From IMG/VR virus record IMGVR_UViG_2651869821_000001: 64,000 bases of DNA; one strand, 5' to 3'. The stretch comes from a virus. Lineage: Duplodnaviria > Heunggongvirae > Uroviricota > Caudoviricetes. A model generated the notes under the pieces. The model saw only the letters and a program-made list of their open reading frames with translations, ran no database searches and was not told where the DNA came from. The translations under genes were made by a program, and so were the position numbers. This document shows positions 38,604-49,293 of the stretch, piece by piece. Positions within the stretch are counted from its first letter, which is position 1; each line of letters opens with the position of its first letter.

Positions 38604-40520
38604 ATGAAATTTCTAAAGCTCCAGGTGGAAAACTTTATGGCATTGTCTAACGCCGATATCGAATTAGATCAGCGTGGGCTTGTGCTAATACAAGGTATTA
38701 ATAGTGGCGATTCATCTGCCGCCAGTAATGGCGCTGGCAAATCCACTCTTATGAACAGCTTGATGTGGTGTCTTTATGGCGAAACTGCGCATGGTGTTAA
38801 AGGGGACGATGTTCTGTCTACGGGCCATGAAAAAAATTGTCGAGTGATGGTGACTATTGAGGATGAGGGCAAGCGATACGCCATCATACGTCATCGCAAA
38901 CATAAGGAGTTCAAAAACAGGCTGATCGTTCGTGGTGAAGACGGCGACATGACAAAAGGTAAGGACACGCTGACGCAAGAGTTTGTAGAGCGGTTGATTG
39001 GTGCGTCGAAAGAAGTATTTATGGCCTCTATCTATGCCAGCCAGGAGGCGATGCCTGATTTGCCTGGTATGTCGGATAAAAACCTCAAAACTATCGTAGA
39101 AGAAGCTGCCGGCGTCGATCGTCTTACCAAAGCCTACGCGATTGCTCGCGAACGAGCCAACGCAGCTGCCGCACGAATGGAGACCACTAAAACCAAGATG
39201 GACGCCTGCTTATCTCTGGTCGAATCGTCCCAAAATGAGCTGGAATCTGCCAAAACCTCATCTGCAGCTTGGGAGCGAGACCGCGGAAAACGACTTGACG
39301 TCGCTCGTGCTGATCTGGTTGGGGCGGAAGTCACGCTCACTGAGGTCGAAATGGAGTTACGCAGTCTGCCTGAGCAGATCCGCGATACTGAAAATGCAAT
39401 CGATAAAGAGCGGGAAAAACTTGCGTCCAAAGAAGAGCACGATGCCAAGCTGGTTAAGGTTCGCGGAGCGATCACTGATATTCGCGCCAGCATCCGCGTT
39501 ACCGAAAACATCCAGAAGGAAGCGATGCAACGTGCCCGCGCATTCAAGATGAAAGCGGAAGAAGTTAATACTAAAGTCGGTGAGCCATGCCCTACCTGTG
39601 GCAAGGCTTATTGTGTTGAAGATCTGTCTACCGTGAAGGAGAGTTTTGTTGAACAAGCGCGCAGTGAGATTTGCCAAGCGCAGGCATCTGTAACGTCAGT
39701 GGCTAAATACCAAGAGCATCTTGAGAAGGCCCTCAAAATTGAATCATCACTTGTCGCCGGCACACCAGATGTGTCTGCCATTATTTCCAGAATCGAACAA
39801 CTGACTAAAGAGCTGGGTACGCTTCGTCATCGGGAAAAAGAAGTTGTGGCTGTAGAAGCTATGGTTGCCAGGGCGAGAAGCGAAGTGAATCGCATTACCA
39901 AAGAAACTAACCCATTTTTGGCTGTTATCAAACGCCATGAGGAAAGCCTGGCTGCCAATAAATCTAACTATGGTGTACTTAAAACTGAGTTAAAGAATAT
40001 ACAAGAACAAGCTTTGCTACTGGATAAGGCTAGACAGGTTTACTCCCCTGCTGGGGTGCGTTCTCATATCCTGACTTCTGTGACACCGTTCCTGAATATC
40101 AGGACTGCGGAATATCTCAATACCCTTTCTGACGGGAACATCATTGCCGAATGGTCAACAATGGAAGCCACCAAAAAAGGTGAATATCGAGACAAGTTCA
40201 ATATCTGCGTAAGCAAAACAGGCTCCAGTAAATCCTTCCAGACTTTGTCTGGTGGTGAGAAGCGTAAGGTGCGTATTGCGTGCTCTCTTGCCTTGCAGGA
40301 TCTGGTTGCCAGTCGCGCTAGCAAGAGTATCGAGTTATTTATCGGCGATGAGATTGATGATGCTCTGGATACTGCCGGTCTGGAGCGTCTCATGGGGATT
40401 CTGGAAGCAAAAGCACGCGAACGCGGGACAGTGATGATCATTTCCCACAAAGAGATGAAATCGTGGTTCAGGGAAACTATTACTGTTGAAGTTAAAGAGG
40501 GTCGTAGCTATGTCGTTTAA
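38604..40520 (+). CDS. SbcC/Rad50-family ATPase
   Basis: N-terminal Walker A ASNGAGKSTLMNS after FLKLQVENFMAL, long coiled-coil middle with CPTCG zinc hook, C-terminal signature LSGGEKRKVRIACSLAL and D-loop FIGDEIDDALD. Confidence 0.8.
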   Translation: MKFLKLQVENFMALSNADIELDQRGLVLIQGINSGDSSAASNGAGKSTLMNSLMWCLYGETAHGVKGDDVLSTGHEKNCRVMVTIEDEGKRYAIIRHRKHKEFKNRLIVRGEDGDMTKGKDTLTQEFVERLIGASKEVFMASIYASQEAMPDLPGMSDKNLKTIVEEAAGVDRLTKAYAIARERANAAAARMETTKTKMDACLSLVESSQNELESAKTSSAAWERDRGKRLDVARADLVGAEVTLTEVEMELRSLPEQIRDTENAIDKEREKLASKEEHDAKLVKVRGAITDIRASIRVTENIQKEAMQRARAFKMKAEEVNTKVGEPCPTCGKAYCVEDLSTVKESFVEQARSEICQAQASVTSVAKYQEHLEKALKIESSLVAGTPDVSAIISRIEQLTKELGTLRHREKEVVAVEAMVARARSEVNRITKETNPFLAVIKRHEESLAANKSNYGVLKTELKNIQEQALLLDKARQVYSPAGVRSHILTSVTPFLNIRTAEYLNTLSDGNIIAEWSTMEATKKGEYRDKFNICVSKTGSSKSFQTLSGGEKRKVRIACSLALQDLVASRASKSIELFIGDEIDDALDTAGLERLMGILEAKARERGTVMIISHKEMKSWFRETITVEVKEGRSYVV

Positions 40521-41250
40521 CTTGAGTCGTCAGCAGTTTTTGCAGATGTTTGCCGTGATGCAGTCAATCAATCTGATTAACAGCTATACCGCTGAAGGAG
40601 CAGCGCCAGGTCTTGCTGTATGCAACAAAAATATTCTGACTGATCAGTTTGCGCTACTGATTCGCCTGCTGTCCGAGACCCCGTTGATGCCAAATCTAAA
40701 ATCTATGCCGCCAGGAAGCACGGCACCAATCCTGATTAATCCGTTTGCGGAAGGCGGCTATCTTCCGCACTCTGGTCCAGGATTTGTGGTTAATCCAGAA
40801 ACGAGTGATTTGAACATCGAAGAGAATGCTCTCTACGGAGCTATGGAAGCACATATCAATACAGCTTTCACTAACCTTATTCGACGTGTCAACATGAGCG
40901 CCAATCAGATTACAGCATCTGGTTCAGCATTTAGTCACTTCGGTATCGAGCGCTCTCCATACTCCCCACTTTCTGAGCGAGTTAAACTTGTTTTCGGGTG
41001 TGATAAAGATGATGTAGCCATGATTGAAGTCACTCTTCCCCATGTATTTGTCTTTGATGAAAAAGCGGCTAACAAACTAATACATATCATACGTAACTTC
41101 ATTGGGCAGACTATGATCGACAATGATTTCTCGTCTTGTACACTGGTTTACGACGACGTTAGCAAGATAAATAGTGTTCATGTTCGCCAAACACACGAGA
41201 AAACACTCGAACAGAAATTAATGGAATGCCCGATATGGGCAACATGGTAA
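40510..41250 (+). CDS. Hypothetical protein
   Basis: Start at 40510 (ATGT overlap with sbcC stop region); 246 aa. Confidence 0.45.
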   Translation: MSFNLSRQQFLQMFAVMQSINLINSYTAEGAAPGLAVCNKNILTDQFALLIRLLSETPLMPNLKSMPPGSTAPILINPFAEGGYLPHSGPGFVVNPETSDLNIEENALYGAMEAHINTAFTNLIRRVNMSANQITASGSAFSHFGIERSPYSPLSERVKLVFGCDKDDVAMIEVTLPHVFVFDEKAANKLIHIIRNFIGQTMIDNDFSSCTLVYDDVSKINSVHVRQTHEKTLEQKLMECPIWATW

Positions 41251-41261
41251 GGAGACTAAAA

Positions 41262-41831
41262 ATGAGTAAAACCATACGGGTAGTCGGTGTCGACCCTTCA
41301 ATGAGCAACTTTGGCCTGGCAATGGGAACACTGGATCTGGAAACGAATAAATTGGATATTTACGAGCTGACGCTGGTGGAAACCAAAGCAGGCGGTAACA
41401 AGAAGACAGTTCGCGTGAATAGCGATGATCTACGCCGCGCCAATGAAATATGGCGAACAGCTAAACCCATTATCGAGCAGGCTCATATGGTTTTCTGTGA
41501 ACTTCCGGTAGGTAGCCAGTCCAGTCGCGCTCAAACCTCCTATGGCATCTGCATTGGTGTACTGGCGTGCGTAGACAAACCTTTGATTCAGGTTACGCCA
41601 AATGAGATTAAGCACTATGTAGGGAATAAGCTAACCACGTCGAAGGAAGAGATCATCCAGTGGGCTACGCAGAAGCAACCAAACGCACCGTGGTTGCGCC
41701 GGAAGCAATCAGGAAAGGAAGTGCTAGTGAACAAGAATGAGCATCTTGCTGACGCAGTCGCGTCGATTTATACCGGTATGCAGACTGATCAATTCCGTCA
41801 GGTGCGAGATGTTCTTGCAGGAATTTTATAA
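41262..41831 (+). CDS. RuvC-fold Holliday-junction resolvase-like protein
   Basis: IRVVGVDPSMSNFGLAMG N-terminus resembles RuvC/YqgF motif I (acidic residue after a beta strand); AAGGAGAC RBS. Confidence 0.5.
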   Translation: MSKTIRVVGVDPSMSNFGLAMGTLDLETNKLDIYELTLVETKAGGNKKTVRVNSDDLRRANEIWRTAKPIIEQAHMVFCELPVGSQSSRAQTSYGICIGVLACVDKPLIQVTPNEIKHYVGNKLTTSKEEIIQWATQKQPNAPWLRRKQSGKEVLVNKNEHLADAVASIYTGMQTDQFRQVRDVLAGIL

Positions 41832-41908
41832 TCCCCGCATTGATAGGTAGGTGCTTATCTATTAACATGAGGCTACTACATCTAGTGGCCTTTTAAATCG
41901 GGTAATAC

Positions 41909-44218
41909 ATGATAAGCATCGTAAAACGTGACGACTCTATAGAACCGTTGTCTGAGGAAAAATACAATCGTGTTGTTATGTGGGGGGTGGAAAACATTCG
42001 CAACGTTAGTGCTTCTGCAATCGCTATGGGCGCCGCTGCAAGCATTTTTGACGGAATGACTACCTGCCAGTTACACGAAGCACTGGTGAAGTCTGCTGCT
42101 GATCTGATCTCTCCTGAAACACCAAACTACTCCAAGGTCGCCGCTCGTTTGAACTTGTTCAAACTTCGCAAAGACGCCTTCGGTCAGTACGAATATCCAA
42201 ATTTTTATAACCACATCGTGAGCAACGTGAGCCGTGGCGTTTACGATGAAGATCTCCTCAAATTCTACTCTCCAGAAGAGATTGTAGAGTTGGGTGTTTA
42301 CATCAAGCCTAAGCGCGATGAGTACTTTAGTTACGCCGCAACCGTACAACTTGCGAGCAAATATCTCGTTCAGAACCGTGTAACCGGCGAAATTTACGAA
42401 GGGCCACAACAGTTGTATATGTTGGTAGGTATGTGTCTCTTTCAAAATTGGGAAGATGGTTGCGCAGGTAAAACTCGCCTGGAAATGGTCAAAGGATTTT
42501 ATGACGTTACCAGCACATTCAAATTGTCTTTGCCAACCCCAATTATGGCAGGTGTGCGTACACCTACCCGCCAGTTCTCCAGTTGTGTACTGATTGAAGC
42601 AGAAGATAGCCTAAAGGGAATTAGCGCCGCTTCCTCCGCAATCATCGACTATGTATCACGTCGTGCAGGCATTGGGGTAGGTTTTGGTCGTCTGCGTGCG
42701 CTGGGTAGTGAAATCCGCAATGGCGAGGCCACCCACACTGGCGTTATTCCATTCCTGAAACACTTCCAGACGGCGGTCAAATCCTGTTCTCAGGGCGGTG
42801 TTCGCGGCGGCGCTGCTACTGCGTTCTATCCTATCTGGCATCTGGAAGTTGAAAGTCTGCTGGTGCTAAAAAATAACCGTGGCATCGAAGAGAACCGTGT
42901 TCGTCATCTTGACTATGGCGTGATGATTAATCGTCTGATGTATCGCCGCCTGGTGCGCAACGAAAACATTACTCTGTTCAGCCCACATGATGTACCTGAT
43001 CTGTACGACGCGTTCTTTGTTAATCAGGACAAGTTTGAAGAGCTGTACCTGAAGTATGAAGCTGACGAGAGCATCCGTAAGAAATCTATCCCGGCCGTTG
43101 ACCTGTTCTCTACGTTAATGCAGGAGCGCGCCTCTACTGGTCGCGTTTATATTGCCAACGTAGACCACATGAACAATCACGGCGCATTCGTTCCGGAAAT
43201 TGCACCGGTACACCAGTCCAATCTTTGCATGGAGATCACGCTGCCGACAAAGCCACTGGCGTTCACTGACGATCCGAACGGTGAAATCGCGCTTTGCACA
43301 CTGTCTGCGTTCAACCTGGGCGCAATCCGCACGCTGAACTCGCTGAAAGACGTGGCGTTCTATGCTGTAGCCGCGCTGGATTCTCTGCTCGACTATCAGG
43401 ACTACCCGATGGATGCTGCAGAAATCCCGGCTAAAGCACGTCGTAGTCTGGGTATTGGCGTGACCAACTTTGCCTACTATCTGGCGAAGAACGGCTTTAA
43501 CTATTCTGGCGCTGCTGGCAACCAATTGGTGCATGAGACCTTCGAAGCCATTCAGTATTACCTGCTTGATGCAAGCTGCCGACTGGCCGAAGCAAAAGGT
43601 GCATGTGACTGGTTCTCCCACACCAAATATGCACAGGGCCAGTTGCCAGTCGACCACTATCGCAAAACGCTGGATGCCAACCCGGAGACTTCTTTCGAGT
43701 TGAAAATGCCGTGGGAAGAGCTGCGTGGTCGCATCTGTGAGCATGGTCTACGTAACTCCACTCTGACCGCCCAAATGCCGTGCGAGACGTCCAGTCAGAT
43801 CACCAACTCCACCAATGGTATTGAGCCACCACGCGGCCCGGTGTCAGTGAAGTCTTCCAAAGACGGCATCGTGAAGATGGTCGTTCCTGACTTCGCGCAA
43901 CTGAAAGACCAATACGAGTACCTGTGGGATATGCCTGATAACCGCGGCTATCTGACTAAGGTGGCCATCATTCAGAAGTTCTTCGATCAGGCTATCTCTG
44001 CGAACACCAACTACGACCCGACTCGCTTCCCAGGCGATAAGGTTCCAATGATGAAGCTACTGGAAGATCTGCTGTTTGCGTATCAGAAAGGTGTGAAGAC
44101 ACTTTATTACCACAACACGCGTGATGGGGCAGGTAAGCGTGAAGATGATTTGGCATCCTTCTCTGCTGCTGACGTGGTAGAGCCAGAAGATGAGTGCGAT
44201 GGCGCTTGCAAAATCTAA
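41909..44218 (+). CDS. nrdA: Ribonucleoside-diphosphate reductase alpha subunit (class Ia)
   Basis: N-terminal ATP-cone (VKRDDSIEPLSEEKYNRVV), catalytic-core motifs and C-terminal redox tail ..ECDGACKI, as in E. coli NrdA. Confidence 0.9.
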   Translation: MISIVKRDDSIEPLSEEKYNRVVMWGVENIRNVSASAIAMGAAASIFDGMTTCQLHEALVKSAADLISPETPNYSKVAARLNLFKLRKDAFGQYEYPNFYNHIVSNVSRGVYDEDLLKFYSPEEIVELGVYIKPKRDEYFSYAATVQLASKYLVQNRVTGEIYEGPQQLYMLVGMCLFQNWEDGCAGKTRLEMVKGFYDVTSTFKLSLPTPIMAGVRTPTRQFSSCVLIEAEDSLKGISAASSAIIDYVSRRAGIGVGFGRLRALGSEIRNGEATHTGVIPFLKHFQTAVKSCSQGGVRGGAATAFYPIWHLEVESLLVLKNNRGIEENRVRHLDYGVMINRLMYRRLVRNENITLFSPHDVPDLYDAFFVNQDKFEELYLKYEADESIRKKSIPAVDLFSTLMQERASTGRVYIANVDHMNNHGAFVPEIAPVHQSNLCMEITLPTKPLAFTDDPNGEIALCTLSAFNLGAIRTLNSLKDVAFYAVAALDSLLDYQDYPMDAAEIPAKARRSLGIGVTNFAYYLAKNGFNYSGAAGNQLVHETFEAIQYYLLDASCRLAEAKGACDWFSHTKYAQGQLPVDHYRKTLDANPETSFELKMPWEELRGRICEHGLRNSTLTAQMPCETSSQITNSTNGIEPPRGPVSVKSSKDGIVKMVVPDFAQLKDQYEYLWDMPDNRGYLTKVAIIQKFFDQAISANTNYDPTRFPGDKVPMMKLLEDLLFAYQKGVKTLYYHNTRDGAGKREDDLASFSAADVVEPEDECDGACKI

Positions 44219-44222
44219 TTAG

Positions 44223-44250
44223 AGTGGGGAGAAATCCCCCACCTTTTCAA
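44223..44250 (+). terminator. Terminator-like hairpin after nrdA
   Basis: GTGGGG-AGAAATC-CCCCAC followed by CTTTTC. Confidence 0.55.
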
Positions 44251-44336
44251 AACGTTGTATACCTTGTTTAACCAAATAAGATAACAATTTGTTTTATAAA
44301 TCAATAAAACAATTCAATTACATCAAAGGTAAACTA

Positions 44337-45479
44337 ATGAGCTATTCTACTTTCCGTTTGGGCGCCAACGACGCAACGAAAGAACCTATGTTCCTAGGCC
44401 AGTCCGTAAACGTAGCACGTTACGACCAGCAAAAGTACCGCGACTTTGAAAAGCTAATCGAGAAGCAACTTTCTTTCTTCTGGCGTCCGGAAGAAGTTGA
44501 CATAACTACCGATCGCATTGACTTCAACACGAAGCTACAAGAGCATGAGCGCCATATTTTTCTGAGCAATTTGCGTTATCAGACACTTCTTGATTCTGTT
44601 CAAGGACGCAGCCCTAATGCGACTTTGCTTCCGCTTATTTCTATCCCGGAGCTGGAAACATGGGTGGAGACCTGGTCTTTCTCCGAAACCATCCATAGCC
44701 GCAGCTATACACATATTATCCGCGGTATGGTTGATGATCCGAGCATTGTGTTCGACGGGATCGTTACTGACGAAGAGATTATCAGCCGAGCAATCAGTAT
44801 CTCCAGTGAATACGATAAACTGTATGAGATGACCTGCGCCCGCCAGTACGTTGGCGAAGATGAGTTTGAGCGTCTCTATGCATCCGAATTTGACGGTAAA
44901 CCCTACTCTCTCCAGCGCCAATTGTTCCGCACGCTGGTTTCCATAAATGCTCTGGAAGCGATCCGCTTTTATGTGAGCTTTGCGTGTACATTTGCTTTTG
45001 GTGAGCGGAAACTGCTGGAAGGCAATACAAAAATTATGCGTTTCATTGCGCGTGATGAGGCGCTGCACTGTGAAGGTACTGAGCGCATGATTCGCTTTAT
45101 GCGCACTGGTCGGGAAGGTCTGATATGGAAGCAAATTGCCATTGAAGAAGAAGGCTTCGTGTATCAGACAATGAAGGACGTCGCGGAGCAGGAAATGCGT
45201 TGGGCCGACTATCTTTTTAAAAACGGTTCCATGATCGGCTTAAACGCAGAAATCCTCAAAAGCTATGTAAAATACCGAACTAATCTGGCCATGCGCCGGC
45301 TTGGACTTATGCCATTTTTCCCAGAAATAAAAGACGATCCACTGGTATGGATGAACAAATGGCTGTTGTCCGATACTTTGCAGATCGCTCCACAGGAGGC
45401 AGAACAAAGCACCTATCTCGTTGGTCAGATTGACTCTACTGTTGATCGAGACACTCTAAGCCATTTCGCAGACCTTTAA
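44337..45479 (+). CDS. nrdB: Ribonucleoside-diphosphate reductase beta subunit
   Basis: Near-collinear with my recollection of E. coli NrdB over the whole length ([34 protein letters not shown]..), including iron ligands and the tyrosyl-radical region. Confidence 0.9.
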   Translation: MSYSTFRLGANDATKEPMFLGQSVNVARYDQQKYRDFEKLIEKQLSFFWRPEEVDITTDRIDFNTKLQEHERHIFLSNLRYQTLLDSVQGRSPNATLLPLISIPELETWVETWSFSETIHSRSYTHIIRGMVDDPSIVFDGIVTDEEIISRAISISSEYDKLYEMTCARQYVGEDEFERLYASEFDGKPYSLQRQLFRTLVSINALEAIRFYVSFACTFAFGERKLLEGNTKIMRFIARDEALHCEGTERMIRFMRTGREGLIWKQIAIEEEGFVYQTMKDVAEQEMRWADYLFKNGSMIGLNAEILKSYVKYRTNLAMRRLGLMPFFPEIKDDPLVWMNKWLLSDTLQIAPQEAEQSTYLVGQIDSTVDRDTLSHFADL

Positions 45480-45558
45480 GCCTGATAGTAAAATTTCGTG
45501 ACCTTACCACGCTGGGTCACAATGGACTCGATGAATATGTATGAAGGAAAGGAAAAAC

Positions 45559-46434
45559 ATGAATTTCACGAAACTGACCGACCATCTGAAACTAGTCGCA
45601 GACAAGCTGGTAGGTTTTAAACCTGAGCCGTATGAGCTTAAACCAGGCTTTGGTAGCGCTACTGAAAGTATTTACATGATGGTTGACCAGTTCCATGCAC
45701 TGTTTCAGCATCCTCGTCGTGTAATGCCAGATCCGTCACTGTTACGTTTACGTGCGAGCCTAATTCATGAAGAAGCTGTAACAGAAGGTATTCCTGCCGC
45801 AACGAATGGGGATATTGAGCAATTACTGGATGCAATGGCGGATTTTCTTTATGTAGGAATTGGCACAATGGTGGCCATAAAGGGCGGCATCTCTACAGGT
45901 ATGAGTTACTACACTCAAGAACAAAGCGTTGATCGATTCATGACTACTATTTACGTACCTGGGAATACCGTGTTTGATGATATGGCTATGCCATTCAGGG
46001 AGGCACATGAGGCGGCGATAATGCTGGAAGAACTGGCTGACAAACTTGCATTCACAAACATAAGCGATTCTGAGCTTATCCAGGAGCTGCGCCGTGTTAT
46101 GAATAAAATCTACGTTGCGTGCATGATGACTTACCGTCTTGCTGAGTTTCTGGGTATCGATATCGTCGAGCTGGTGTCTGAAATCCATCGTTCTAACATG
46201 ACAAAACTATGGCCGGCAGACATAGAGGAACGTCGTATAGCGGTTGAAAACTGCAAATACGATAAAAATGATCTTGGCTTCAGACATGCTGAAGGGACTG
46301 AGATGATGATTGGCTATCGTCTCTCAGATGGAAAAATACTCAAATCCCCTACCTATAGTAATGTTGATCTCTCTCGTTTTGTTCAGAAGGCTAAGTCTTC
46401 ATCACTTTACGATGTAGTAAAAAATAAATTGTAA
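45559..46434 (+). CDS. Hypothetical protein, possibly MazG-like all-alpha NTP pyrophosphohydrolase
   Basis: EExxE/D-containing helices (LIHEEAVTEG..DIEQLLDAMADFLY); weak call. Confidence 0.3.
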   Translation: MNFTKLTDHLKLVADKLVGFKPEPYELKPGFGSATESIYMMVDQFHALFQHPRRVMPDPSLLRLRASLIHEEAVTEGIPAATNGDIEQLLDAMADFLYVGIGTMVAIKGGISTGMSYYTQEQSVDRFMTTIYVPGNTVFDDMAMPFREAHEAAIMLEELADKLAFTNISDSELIQELRRVMNKIYVACMMTYRLAEFLGIDIVELVSEIHRSNMTKLWPADIEERRIAVENCKYDKNDLGFRHAEGTEMMIGYRLSDGKILKSPTYSNVDLSRFVQKAKSSSLYDVVKNKL

Positions 46435-46597
46435 GTACTAACTTATTATAATATATTGTGTCTGCGTGTATGTTTTCTATCTCTTTGTAGCTCTCTTTGT
46501 TACTCTCTTTTATGGTGGCCTTGTGCCACCATTTTTTCTGCTTATTTATTGCGAGACTAGATTCCATACAGTTAAAATCGTGTAAGATAATAGGTAT

Positions 46598-47728
46598 GTG
46601 GTTACTTATCTTGCGAGGTTTAACTTGTCTATCCTTCTTAATCGAGAAAATACCAACGGTCAGTTTGCCAGTGGTTCATATGTCAAAGTGGTTGAAACGG
46701 TGCTCAACACTGGCGTTCACGCAGGTGATCGCACTGGAATCGGCACGAAAAGCGTTTCATATGTCCCTTCCTACTACATGCTGACGGGCGGCTCAGTCCC
46801 GCTTATTTCCGGAAAAACTGTCAATCTAAAGCCGTTACTGGTTGAGCTGGAGTGGTATCTAAAAGGAACGGGCAACATCCAGTTCCTGAAAGACAATGGC
46901 GTAAAAATCTGGGATGCCTGGGCTGATGAAAATGGTGATTTAGGCCCAGTCTATGGCAAGCAATGGCGTAGGTGGGAAGACACTCGCATCGTGAGCCATA
47001 GTGAGTATCTTAGCAAAATCAACACGTTCCGTGAACGCGGGTACAAGATCGAGGGGTATCTGGGCGTGAGTGAAGATCGAGTTGTTTTGTCCCGTGAAAT
47101 CGACCAGCTACAACGTATCGTTGACACGCTTCGCACCAACCCTACAGATCGTCGCATTCTGCTGAATGCCTGGAATGTTGGCGAACTGGAAGACATGAAG
47201 CTGCCGCCATGCCATTTCGTGTTCTCACTGTGGAGTCGCGAGCTGGACTTTGAGACTCGACTGATGATGGCAACCGACATTGGCATTCAGCACAACCGCC
47301 ACGGCCATGAGTCCATTTACACCCAGATGCTGTGTCTTCTGGAAAGAGATGGCGGCATTGCCGAGAACATGCTGGACGAACTGGGCATCCCTAAACGTAT
47401 CCTGAACTCATGCCTGGTGCAGCGCAGCGTCGATACCTTTGTTGGTATGCCGTTCAACATCGCCGGTTACGGCATTCTCACCCACTTCCTCGCGAAGATT
47501 ACCGACCACATGGCTGGCGCATTCGTGCATTTTGGCTTTGACGTTCATCTGTATGACAACCACATGGAGGCTGCTCAAGAGCTTATGGGGCGAGGTATTC
47601 CTGGAGATTCTGATCCGGTTGTCATCTTTCCGCATGAATGGGCAGAACTGGACGATTTCAAATGGGATGATGTGCAGATCTGTGGCTATAACCCTCTTCC
47701 GTGGATCAAAGTTCCAGTGGCGGTGTGA
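46598..47728 (+). CDS. thyA: Thymidylate synthase (ThyA family) with N-terminal extension and two internal insertions
   Basis: GDRTGIGT, LLVELEWYLKG, GDLGPVYGKQWR, RRILLNAWNVGEL, catalytic PPCH, GMPFNIAGY; GTG start at 46598. Confidence 0.8.
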   Translation: MVTYLARFNLSILLNRENTNGQFASGSYVKVVETVLNTGVHAGDRTGIGTKSVSYVPSYYMLTGGSVPLISGKTVNLKPLLVELEWYLKGTGNIQFLKDNGVKIWDAWADENGDLGPVYGKQWRRWEDTRIVSHSEYLSKINTFRERGYKIEGYLGVSEDRVVLSREIDQLQRIVDTLRTNPTDRRILLNAWNVGELEDMKLPPCHFVFSLWSRELDFETRLMMATDIGIQHNRHGHESIYTQMLCLLERDGGIAENMLDELGIPKRILNSCLVQRSVDTFVGMPFNIAGYGILTHFLAKITDHMAGAFVHFGFDVHLYDNHMEAAQELMGRGIPGDSDPVVIFPHEWAELDDFKWDDVQICGYNPLPWIKVPVAV

Positions 47729-47739
47729 GGCGGTGTGAT

Positions 47740-48153
47740 ATGGCGAGAGGCATGTATGTACTGTGTGAAATTGAAGGTGTGTTAGCGAGAGTTAGCCATC
47801 GTAAATCTGTATCTGATGCAGATGCAGGTGCTCTTATTGCAGGTGATGAACTTATTTTTTCCACCAGTCGTATGTTGCGTGGCTTTACTCGATCCGGGGC
47901 AGAAGTGGCGCTTATCAGTAGTCGTCCAGAATCGCTAGAAGCGCCAACGAAACGTTGGTTGAAAGATTTCGGCATTGATTATGACTGGCTTCATTTGGTT
48001 CCTCATGGCGTCAATTTTGAAAACCATATCAAGCGCACATTGGCAGAACACAAAAGTGATCTACTTATAGCCGCATTGGTTCACGACCCCAGACTGCGCT
48101 CCACGCTTGCTGATTATCACCAGCGACCAATCATATATGAGGTAAGTAAGTGA
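47740..48153 (+). CDS. Hypothetical protein
   Basis: Start at ATG 47740 (the track ORF start at 47701 would overlap thyA). Confidence 0.4.
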   Translation: MARGMYVLCEIEGVLARVSHRKSVSDADAGALIAGDELIFSTSRMLRGFTRSGAEVALISSRPESLEAPTKRWLKDFGIDYDWLHLVPHGVNFENHIKRTLAEHKSDLLIAALVHDPRLRSTLADYHQRPIIYEVSK

Positions 48154-48155
48154 AG

Positions 48156-48626
48156 ATGATTGCAGCTGTCGGTCGTAACTATGAAATAGGTATTGGAAAC
48201 GAAATACCCTGGCGTTGCCCTACCGATCTGAGACTTTTCAAAAAACTTACTAAAAACGCCACTGTTGTGATGGGGCGTAAGACAATGGAGAGTCTGAAGC
48301 GACCGCTTCCAGAACGCCACAACCTCGTTTTAACACGTTCTCGTGGCTTTATCCCCAATGGATTCTACCCTGCTGGCGTTGACGATGTCTTGAAACTTCC
48401 AGATCCGGTTTGGGTTATTGGTGGTGGGGAGATTTATTCGTTACTAATGCCGCATGTAGAAGAAATCTGGCTGTCACATATTGGTATTGATGTACCTGGA
48501 GCGGATGCCTTCTTTCCGGCGTCAATCATGCGTTATTTAGGTTTTATACCAGTTGAAACGGCTTATACCCAACGTGCGAATGAATCTGAACCTGGATTTT
48601 TGCAGATTGTTTACAGAAGGTCGTAA
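48156..48626 (+). CDS. folA: Dihydrofolate reductase
   Basis: MIAAVGRNYEIGIGNEIPWRCPTDLRLFKKLT..VVMGRKTMES matches the DHFR N-terminal fold signature; about 157 aa. Confidence 0.8.
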   Translation: MIAAVGRNYEIGIGNEIPWRCPTDLRLFKKLTKNATVVMGRKTMESLKRPLPERHNLVLTRSRGFIPNGFYPAGVDDVLKLPDPVWVIGGGEIYSLLMPHVEEIWLSHIGIDVPGADAFFPASIMRYLGFIPVETAYTQRANESEPGFLQIVYRRS

Positions 48627-49270
48627 TGGATTACCGTATTGGGATCACTGGTGCTCAGGGCAGTGGCAAAACAACCCTGGCGAAATATATAGACGAGCAC
48701 TACGGAGTTCCGTATGTAGACGCCGGCGTAGGTAAGCTGATGAGCAGGCTTGGCGTCAAAGTTGGTGAAGAATTGCCACTTTATGAACGTCTGCAAGTGC
48801 AAATGGAAATAGCTCGACATATCGAGACTATTACCCGTGGCATGGATGGTTTTGTTATAGACAGAACGCCCGCTGATGTTGTTGCTTACACGTTGGATTT
48901 GGTAGGCCAGTCAAACGAAGACCGCTGCATTAAGCTGGCGTTGGACATTGAACGATTCTGCCATAAGGCTGCAGTAAGTAACTTTAACGCTATTGTTGGG
49001 TTGCGTCCTGGAGTAAGGCTAACAGATGCCGATCGTAAGCGTAAGCAACGCGGCTCTCTCGACCATCTTTACGTAGCGCGCATTGATGCGCTGATGTGTG
49101 GCGAACTTACCAAAATTAATGCGCTACCAAAGATAGGTGATTTGCAGGTGTTCGTCATCTCCGAAAAATGCAAAACAGTGGAAGCGCGAGCAAGGTCTGT
49201 CATGCGTGTACTGGATCGGGTTGCGGAAAACATAGAGCGCCGTTCAATTGGTAGAGTGACCCTACACTGA
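48626..49270 (+). CDS. P-loop nucleotide kinase-like protein (dNMP kinase candidate)
   Basis: IGITGAQGSGKTTLAKYI Walker A near the N-terminus, small size, sits in the nucleotide-metabolism block. Confidence 0.5.
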   Translation: MDYRIGITGAQGSGKTTLAKYIDEHYGVPYVDAGVGKLMSRLGVKVGEELPLYERLQVQMEIARHIETITRGMDGFVIDRTPADVVAYTLDLVGQSNEDRCIKLALDIERFCHKAAVSNFNAIVGLRPGVRLTDADRKRKQRGSLDHLYVARIDALMCGELTKINALPKIGDLQVFVISEKCKTVEARARSVMRVLDRVAENIERRSIGRVTLH

Positions 49271-49293
49271 CAGTTGTTCACCTGCTAAGCGAT

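Noticed and set aside
46497-46784. Plus-strand ORF overlapping the thyA start (MLLSFMVALCHHFFCLF...)
   Set aside because: It overlaps the promoter-like motif and the conserved N-terminus of ThyA in another frame and is hydrophobic junk-like. The ThyA frame is supported by homology.
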